In this document: positions 47,410 through 64,000 of the stretch, piece after piece | How the letters are laid out: every line of letters begins with the position of its first letter | Numbering within the stretch: the stretch's first letter is position 1 | Assembly: GCA_002269645.1 (NCBI GenBank) | Contig: NIVC01000826.1 | Span: 41,237 to 105,236, forward strand | Direction: 5' to 3' | From: Macrostomum lignano | Lineage: Eukaryota | DNA length: 64,000 nucleotides | Position numbers and translations under genes: made by a program | The notes under the pieces: model-generated | Told to the model about the DNA's origin: nothing | Seen by the model: the letters and a program-made list of their open reading frames with translations, nothing else | Database searches by the model: none

Positions 47410-49290
47410 CCTGACCTACAGTGCCTACAGTGCCTATATGACTAACTGCCCAGCTACCTACCTACCTACCTACCTAGCTACCTACCAACCTACCTACCTA
47501 CCTACTCATAATCACCTAACTAGCTACCTACTTATCTACCTACCTACCAACCTACCTACCTACCTGCCAACCTATCTACCTACCTGCCAACCTACCTACA
47601 TACCTGCCAACCTCCCTACATACCTGCAAACCTCCCTACGTACCTGCCAACCTCCCTACATACCTGCAAACCTCCCTACATACCTGCAAACCTCCCTACA
47701 TACCTGCAAACCTCCCTACATACCTACATACCTGTTCAATCTCCTGACCGTACAGATGACTGAGTCCTACTCATTGGTTTACCCGAGATCCACTCATCTT
47801 TTCCTAAATTCCTATATTTGTTTTAATTACGAATTACATGTACTAATTCTATCCTCAGCAATCTTCACTTGCTTGTGCAACAGTTTTAATATCGCACAGT
47901 TTTTATAACTTCTAGTAGAGAACAAATAACTTATTAATCATACATTTCAAATCTTAAAGATTCTGAAAAAATCTCTAGACAGTTCTCAGTTGTCCTCGGC
48001 TGTGCGAGCTGTCATGACAACCTCCCCCCAAACTTCTCTCTGCTCTGAAAAAGTTGATAATATCCTGATTTATTTTTTTTGTCTTACCCCAACAACTTCT
48101 TTGTGGCCTTTGAAACAAATCAAATAAATCGATTGGAATCTCTGTCATTTTAGCTATTTTGAAATAGTTGAATAAATGAGAGAATTTGCTTCTCAACCGA
48201 CCGCAGTTTTCTCTTCGTGTGTATCATTTTGTTTAGCCGGGACGGCGGTGGAAAATCCCGTGCTGGGCACCGATGCACTCAGCTACAACACCTGCCTACA
48301 CTGCCTACAGTGCTTACAGTGCCTACAGTGCCTACAGTGCCTACAGTGCCTACAGTGCCCACAGTGCCTACAGTGCCTATATGACTAACTGCCCAGCTAC
48401 CTACCTACCTACCTAGCTACCTACCAACCTACCTACCTACCTACTCATAATCACCTAACTAGCTACCTACTTATCTACCTACCTACCAACCTACCTACAT
48501 ACCTGCCAACCTCCCTACCTACCTGCCAACCTACCTACCTACCTGCCAACCTATCTACCTACCTGCCAACCTACCTACATACCTGCCAACCTCCCTACAT
48601 ACCTGCCAACCTCCCTACATACCTGCAAACCTCCCTACATACCTGCCAACCTCCCTACATACCTGCCAACCTCCCTACATACCTGCAAACCTCCCTACAT
48701 ACCTGCCAACCTCCCTACATACCTGCAAACCTCCCTACATACCTGCCAACCTCCCTACATACCTGCCAACCTCCCTACATACCTGCAAACCTCCCTACAT
48801 ACCTGCCAACCTCCCTACATACCTGCCAACCTCCCTACATACCTGCCAACCTCCCTACATACCTGCAAACCTCCCTACATACCTGCCAACCTCCCTACAT
48901 ACCTGCAAACCTCCCTACATACCTGCCAACCTCCCTACATACCTGCAAACCTCCCTACATACCTGCCAACCTCCCTACATACCTGCCAACCTCCCTACAT
49001 ACCTGCCAACCTCCCTACATACCTGCCAACCTCCCTACATACCTGCAAACCTCCCTACATACCTGCCAACCTCCCTACATACCTGCAAACCTCCCTACAT
49101 ACCTGCCAACCTACTTACAAAGCTTACCTACCTACTTATCTAACTAGCTACCTACCTTCCTACCTACAAACCTACCTACTTACCTGGCTACGTATCTACG
49201 TATTTATACCGGTACATGCCTACGCCTACCTAATTAACTACCTACCTACTTACAAACCTATTTACCTATTTGCCTGACTACCTACTCACC
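47410..49290 (+). repeat. Two related compound arrays (47410-47735, 48285-49290): 9-bp TACAGTGCC, (ACCT)n and 20-bp ACCTGCCAACCTCCCTACAT units
   Basis: The shared junction CCTACAGTGCCTATATGACTAACTGCCCAGCTACC indicates a local duplication followed by differential expansion. Confidence 0.9.
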
Positions 49291-49986
49291 TAGCTAACTT
49301 TATAGTTAGATGATTTTTATAGGTATAGATAAGTAGACGCTCACAAGGGGTGTACAGGGGTCCCGACATTCTCATCGTAAAGAAGCTGCGGCCCTCATAA
49401 ACTGCTAGTTTAGAATTTTTTTACAGAATCGAACCCCGATGCTCTGTAGGCTAGCCAAGCCTTCTTTGGGTTGAGAGACCATTGCACCCAGGGTCGCGTG
49501 ACCCCAGCCCCCACCCCTAGCGTCCCAATTTTCGTTCAAAAACAAATCGAACACGGGGAGCTCAAAAACAGGAAGCTGCACAAGTCCTTCTGGCAGCTGT
49601 GTGCCGGATCTCAGGCGCCTCAGCTGCCGCACAGGCTACAGAGAGGCCCGAACTGCCGGAAACGCAGTTAAACCCCTCAGCCTCACCCTCCTCCTTCTCC
49701 TCCATCTCCTCCATCTCTAGCTCCTCAGCTCCCCCATTTCTTACCTCGGCCAGAGCGTGAGGAAAGAAATCCGGGGGAGGTTAAGGGGCAGAGGCCGAGG
49801 CCTGAGCCGGAGAGCAGAGACGCGCGAAGCTCTCTCGTTCGCTCGAGACGCGCGGGCAAAAGTGATGGGGGAGGGGGAGAGACGGGGGGGGGGGTCGGTC
49901 GGAGTCTTCAAACCGTCAGGCCATAGCAGCCGCTGAGCAGCCGCTCCTGAGCTCACCTGCCCAACGTGAGACCTGAACTACTGGGA

Positions 49987-58111
<8,125 letters not shown>

Positions 58112-58244
58112 CTGACCAACTTACTGACCCAGTCACTGACCTCTGATCGAAGTGGATGCGCAACACTGTCAGCATTGTATTTTCACTCGCGCACAAACAA
58201 AATAAATATTTGCAGCACCGCATTCAGCATTCAGATTTCTCCGA

Positions 58245-58545
58245 TCTGACAAGAATGATGAGCAACTGACAGGAATATTTTGCAACTGACAAGAATATTG
58301 TGCAACTGACAAGAATGATGTACAACTGACATGAATGATGTGCAACTGACAAGAATATTGTACAACTGACATGAATGATGTGCAACTGACAAAAACAATG
58401 TGCAACTGACAAGAATACTGTGCAACTGACAAGAATGATATGGAACTGGCAAGAGTGATGTGAGACTGACAAGAATGGTTTGAGACTGACAAGAATGATC
58501 TGACAAGAACAGAAAAGAGTTGAGTGTAACTGACAAGAAGATTGA
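58245..58545 (+). repeat. Degenerate 20-bp repeat (ACTGACAAGAATGATGTGCA)
   Basis: Read directly. Confidence 0.85.
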
Positions 58546-58894
58546 GCACTAAAAGCAAGAACAGCATAAAAGATGGCATATTATGTAATTATTTGCAAAA
58601 TATATTTCACTGCCAGATAGAAATTGGCAGCCACTGCGTGCAGTCTAGAAATGCAACGAACTGAAGGCATGCTGGCAGGGGCACGCTGTGGCCACAGCAA
58701 GTTGAAATAAGAAGCTACATTACCTAGGGTATAGCAGTATATGTAACTGCAAACATTACTACCTGCAGATACTACTTAATAAGCCCAAACAGTAGTAAGC
58801 AGAACATTTTATTAGTAAAACATTAGACAGGAGCATAAAATGCAACACATATCAACTACTTAGATTGAGTCAATAGAAAAATTACACTCGATTC

Positions 58895-59680
58895 TCAGGG
58901 CGATTCTCATGAGAGACAGTTTTCAGGGGTGATTCTCATGAGAGAGAGTCTTCAGGGGTGATTCTCATGAGAGAGAGTTTTCAGGGGTGATTCTCATGAG
59001 AGAGAGTTTTCAGGGGTGATTCTCATGAGAGAGAGTTCTCAGGGGTGATTCTCATGAGAGAGAGTTTTCAGGGGTGATTGTCATGAGAGAGAGTTTTCAG
59101 GGGTGATTCTCATGAGAGAGAGTTTTCAGGGGTGATTCTCATGAGAGAGAGTTCTCAGGGGCGATTCTCAAGGTGAGACAGTTCTCAGGGGCGATTCCCA
59201 AGGGGAGACAGTTCTCAGGGGCGATTCCCAAGGGGAGACAGTTCTCAGGGGCGATTCCCAAGGTGAGACAGTTCTCAGGGGCGATTCCCAAGGGGAGACA
59301 GTTCTCAGGGGCGATTCCCAAGGTGAGACAGTTCTCAGGGGCGATTCCCAAGGGGAGACAGTTCTCAGGGGCGATTCCCAAGGGGAGACAGTTCTCAGGG
59401 GCGATTCCCAAGGGGAGACAGTTCTCAGGGGCGATTCCCAAGGTGAGACAGTTCTCAGGGGCGATTCCAAGGGGAGACAGTTCTCAGGGGCGATTCCCAA
59501 GGGGAGACAGTTCTCAGGGGCGATTCCCAAGGGGAGACAGTTCTCAGGGGCGATTCCCAAGGGGAGACAGTTCTCAGGGGCGATTCCCAAGGGGAGACAG
59601 TTCTCAGGGGCGATTCCCAAGGGGAGACAGTTCTCAGTGGCGATTCCCAAGGGGAGAAAGTTCTCAGGGGCGATTATCAT
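58895..59680 (+). repeat. Two-phase minisatellite: 29-bp TCATGAGAGAGAGTTTTCAGGGGTGATTC, then 30-bp CCAAGGGGAGACAGTTCTCAGGGGCGATTC
   Basis: Read directly. The related monomers form two homogeneous blocks. Confidence 0.95.
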
Positions 59681-59765
59681 GAGAGAGCGGCTCGGAGGAG
59701 CAGGAGCTCTGACAAATAATTGTCCAGAAGAGTCAAGCAAAGAACCAGAGCTGGCCGCCCGCAAC

Positions 59766-62435
59766 TCATGACTGGAAATTCTCGTCAATCATGGCCCTGC
59801 GCAGGGCATCGGATAGCGAGGCCTGCACCACGCTGAGCCGCTCCGCTGGGGCGCAGTCCGCCTGCCGCAGCTCCGCCAGCGCGTGCATCAGGTCGAACAG
59901 CTGGGCGGAGGTGAACACCGCCTGGTGACGCAGCTCTAAGAGGGGCAGGCAGTCCTGCAGCAGCGACAGCCAGTACCGCCTGCGGTAAGAGATGGGCCAG
60001 TGCTGCTGGTGCCTTCTCAGCTGCTCGCCATTTCCCGTGTGTTCTTACCCTACTTTCCCCTACTGCCCTCTCACCCCTACTCTCCCTCTCTCCTTCTCAC
60101 CCCTACTCCCCTACTATTCCTCTCTCCTCTTTCCTACTCCTTTTACCCCTACTCACCCTCTTTCCCTTATTTTCCTCTCTGCCCCATTCTCCCCTACTCT
60201 CCCTCTCAACCCTACTCTCCATCTCTCCCTCTCACCCCTACTCTTCCTCTCTCCTTCTCTTCCCTACTCTCCCTCTCCCCCCTACTCTCCCTCTCACCCC
60301 TACTCTTCCTCTCTCCCCTACTCTTCTCTCTCCTTCTCTTCCCTACTCTCCTCTCCCCCTACTCTCCCTCTCACCCCTACTCTCCCTCTCACCCTAGCCT
60401 TCTCTACTAACAGGTAGGTCCCTACATCGAGCTGCACAACTGCCTCACCTGGGAATCATTCGCGAGCTGAGCAGCTGCGCGGCCACATCGGCCGCTTCGG
60501 CCAGCTGTCCGGCGGACACCCGATCGTGGAAGAGCTTGTACTGGCACAGGAAGGCCATTCGGTTGCTAAGCAGAGCGCTGGTTGCCAGGCAGTCGAGCGC
60601 ATCAGCTGAAGCGGCCCTGGCCAGGCCGGCCGAGTCGCCGCCAGCTCCCAGCAGGAATTTATCCGCTATGGCCGCTACTAGACGAGGGTCGCGAGCTCGA
60701 ATCGCCCAGGTAAGCGCGTTGCCTAGACAACCTTTGTCAAGGGCGCGCCTAGCAACGGTTCTGGCCACGGTGTTGGCGGAGTCTAGAAGGCCGCGGGCAT
60801 GGCAGGCGGCGAAAATCTGCTCCGCTTTGCGCTGCGACTCCGGCGGCACGCGGACCAGCAGAGCCTCCTGCGGGGTGGCAGCGGCGGCGTGAGGGCTCGG
60901 CTGTGTAATCCTCTGGTTTACAGAGCTGCTTCCATGCTCTATCTATGGCTGCTTCCATCCTCTATTTATGGCTGCTTCCATCCTCTATTTATGACTGCTT
61001 CCATCCTCTATTTATGGCTGCTTCCATGCTCTATCTATGGCTGCTTCCATGCTCTATTTATGGCTGCTTCCATGCTCTATTTATGGCTGCTTCCATGCTC
61101 TATCTATGGCTGCTTCCATGCTCTATTTACGGCTGCTTCCATGCTCTATCATGGCTGCTTCCATGCTCTATTTACGGCTGCTTCCATGCTCTATTTACGG
61201 CTGCTTCCATGCTCTATTTACGGCTGCTTCCATGCTCTATTTACGGCTGCTTCCATGCTCTATTTACGGCTGCTTCCATGCTCTATTTACGGCTGCTTCC
61301 ATGCTCTATTTACGGCTGCTTCCATGCTCTATTTACGGCTGCTTCCATGCTCTATTTACGGCTGCTTCCATGCTCTATTTACGGCTGCTTCCATGCTCTA
61401 TTTACGGCTGCTTCCATGCTCTATTTACGGCTGCTTCCATGCTCTATTTACGGCTGCTTCCATGCTCTATCATGGCTGCTTCCATGCTCTATTTACGGCT
61501 GCTTCCATGCTTTATCTATGGCTGCTTCCATGCTCTATTTACGGCTGCTTCCATGCTTTATCTATGGCTGCTTCCATGCTCTATTTACGGCTGTTACCAT
61601 GATCTGCTTAGAGCAACTTCCAATAAGAGTAGAACTTATACAAGAAGATATTTACAAAGACCAGCAGCAGAGCCAGTCCGCTTACCTGATAGTGCCTGCC
61701 GTAGTTGGAGCAGTAGTCCAAGTAGCTCACGGCCAGCTGCCACAGCGCGGCCCGGCCCAGCATGCTGTGCGAGTACTCCAACAGGAAGTGCTCGCGAATG
61801 GCCCCGAACCGCCGCCGCTGCCACTGTAGCCACCGACCTCGCCGCCCAGGCAGTGGTGCAGCAGGTCGGCCAGGTGCGCCACGAACCACCAGTTGCTGCC
61901 GAGGCAGCCGGCCGCTTCGGCCAGGAACTGCCCGACCTGACCGTCGAACAGCAGGCGGACCAGCACGCCGTCCAGTAGGCCGTCACCGTCGCCGTCCCGT
62001 TGACTGGGCCGGTCTCGCTTGTACAGCGCCTCGGCTTCGGGGGCCTCGCGTCCGAGGCAGTCCAGTGAGCCGGTGGGGTTGGTGAGCAGCAGGCGCGCCA
62101 GCAGCAGCTGGTACCAGGAGTCGCACAGGCCGACAATCTCCGGCCTAGCGAAGGCGTCCTCGTCGCCAGCCAGCAGTTCAACGAGCAGCTCCAGCTGCGG
62201 GTGGGCGGCGAACAGGCCGGCCTCGAGGCGCACGCGGACGTCCTTCTGCCACAGGCAGTGGGCGACATCGAACTTGCGCACTGACTGGCTGTCGCGTACG
62301 AAGCTGTACTTTGCATGTTGAGCAGCTCCATCGCGTCTTTGAGCTGCTGCTGACGGCCGGCCTGAGAGTGCTGAGACAGCAGGTTGCGGCGTCCACGGTG
62401 CGGCCCTGCGGAGGGGCGGGTTTGGGATAATCTGA

Positions 62436-62499
<64 letters not shown>

Positions 62500-62506
62500 G
62501 TGTCTT

Positions 62507-62541
<35 letters not shown>

Positions 62542-62544
62542 GCC

Positions 62545-62639
<95 letters not shown>

Positions 62640-63354
62640 GTCTGTCAGTGCCCAGCTCGTACCTGCAGCACCAGCAGGTACAGTGAGTCCCAGAACCGCT
62701 GGTGCAGCTCGGGCGCATCAGTGGCGTTGGCAGACTCCAGCAGCTCGGCAATCCAGCGGTCGGGCTGCGGGCAGTGCAGCCGGGCCCAGTCTACCAGCTC
62801 CAGCAGAATTTGAGGGGCGGCGGCGGCGCTCTGATAGCGCGGCGCTACCAGAGGATCTCCACCAGGTGCCACAGTATCTGGCAGGCAGCCAAAAGTTGCG
62901 ACTGGTTCTCCAGGAAGGCGGCAGCTTCGGGCTCATCGGTAGCAGCAGCAGCGGAGTCCATCAGCTCGGAGGCGCAGTCGTGCATGAGGGCGCGGTACTC
63001 CTTGCTGCAGCGGAGCAGAGCCTCGCGAGTCTCAGCGGAGCTGCCAACGGAGGCGTCGCCAAGTCGCTGGCAGGTGAGGAACACCCGTGCGACTCGGCAG
63101 CCAGCCGGCGAAGGGTGTCGCAGTCGTGAAACTCGGTGGACCAGCGGCATTCAAGCAGGTGTCCGGAGCTGGCAGCAGCGACAGCTGGCCGAGAGCTGGC
63201 CGCGGCGGCCGCCTTGAAGACGGTGACGACCGCGCGCCTAGGGAGGACCAGGCGCTCCCAGCTGACAGCCGGCTTCCACTGTCGGCAGCGGCAGCGCCAC
63301 GAGCTCTCCGGCTGCTGAGATGAGGCCGCTTCGCCTTGGAACATCACGGCTGGG
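59766..63354 (-). CDS. NUP85: Nucleoporin Nup85 (Nup107-160/Y complex); exons about 63354-62663, 62405-61686, 60867-60449, 59979-59766; needs five +1 corrections; 5' end uncertain
   Basis: Motifs [80 protein letters not shown]...[35 protein letters not shown] and [15 protein letters not shown] follow the order of animal Nup85. Confidence 0.9.
60040..61592. repeat. Nup85 intronic repeats: CT-rich tract 60040-60410 and 23-bp GGCTGCTTCCATGCTCTATTTAC array 60925-61592 (about 29 copies)
   Basis: Read directly. Each fills its intron. Confidence 0.93.
62437..62646 (+). repeat. (TCTG)n microsatellite filling a Nup85 intron; similar (CAGA)n runs lie in FReD-1/2 intron 2 (7733-7820, 11965-12025)
   Basis: Read directly. 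Confidence 0.97.
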
Positions 63355-63394
63355 CTGCGACAGTTGCGAGTGGCAGCTTTAATCTCATGAACCT

Positions 63395-64000
63395 CACTTG
63401 AGATGCTTTGGGAATCTCACTGAGATTCTTTGGGAATCTCACTGAGAGGCTTTGGGAATCTCTCTGAGATGCTTTGGGAATCTCACTGAGATTCTTTGGG
63501 AACCTCACTTGAGATGCTTTGGGAACCTCACTTGAGATGCTTTGGGAACCTCACTTGAGATGCTTTGGGAACCTCACTTGAGATGCTTTGGGAATCTCAC
63601 TGAGATGCTTTGGGAATCTCTCTGAGATGCTTTGGAATCTCTCTGAGATGCTTTGGGAATCTCTCTGAGATGCTTAGGGAATCTCTCTGAGATGCTTTGG
63701 GAATCTCTTTGAGATGCTTAGGGAATCTCTCTGAGATGCTTTGTGAATCTCTCTGATGCTTTGGGAATCTCTCTGAGATGCTTTGGGAATCTCTCTGAGA
63801 TGCTTTGGGAATCTCTCTGAGATGCTTTGGGAATCTCTCTGAGATGCTTTGGAATCTCTCTGAGATGATTTGGGAATCTCTCTGAGATGCTTTGGGAATC
63901 TCACTTAGAGGCATTGGAATCTCACTGGAAGTAATCTGGAATCCCACTGGAAGAATCTGGAATTTCACTGAAGGAATCTGGAATTTCACTGGAAGGAATC
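63395..64000 (+). repeat. About 22-bp minisatellite (GAGATGCTTTGGGAATCTCTCT), grading at the window end into GGAATCTGGAATCTCACTG units
   Basis: Read directly. The terminal units resemble the 55.2-56.5 kb array. Confidence 0.93.

Overview
Eukaryotic (animal) genomic DNA with spliceosomal GT-AG introns, GC-rich exons carrying poly-Gly/Gln tracts, and introns filled with minisatellites. The style suggests a free-living flatworm such as Macrostomum; this is inference only. Housekeeping-type genes: the 3' end of an actin-family gene, a 4-exon DEG/ENaC channel, a PDZ-LIM (ALP/Zasp-type) gene, calmodulin-dependent phosphodiesterase PDE1, and most of Nup85, which carries five 1-bp deletions that are probably assembly errors. 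From 7 to 44 kb lies an island of secreted, putative recognition/defence genes. It holds seven fibrinogen-related-domain (FReD) copies (4 intact, 3 decayed) that share an unusual Cys-rich PAN-like N-terminus and show a patchwork of near-identical scaffold and hypervariable ligand-binding P-subdomain. It also holds two secreted single-WSC-domain genes and a small precursor for a predicted amidated 19-aa peptide. Mobile DNA includes a young full-length but defective Ty3/Gypsy element and a 912-bp internally deleted Gypsy, both with 5-bp target duplications lying in the last monomer of a tandem array. There is also a probable 1.8-kb solo LTR with a dense AP-1/CRE/CCAAT/TATA promoter, a foldback element, SINE-like heads, and more than 20 tandem arrays. 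The most promising undescribed system is the diversifying FReD/WSC/peptide cluster.
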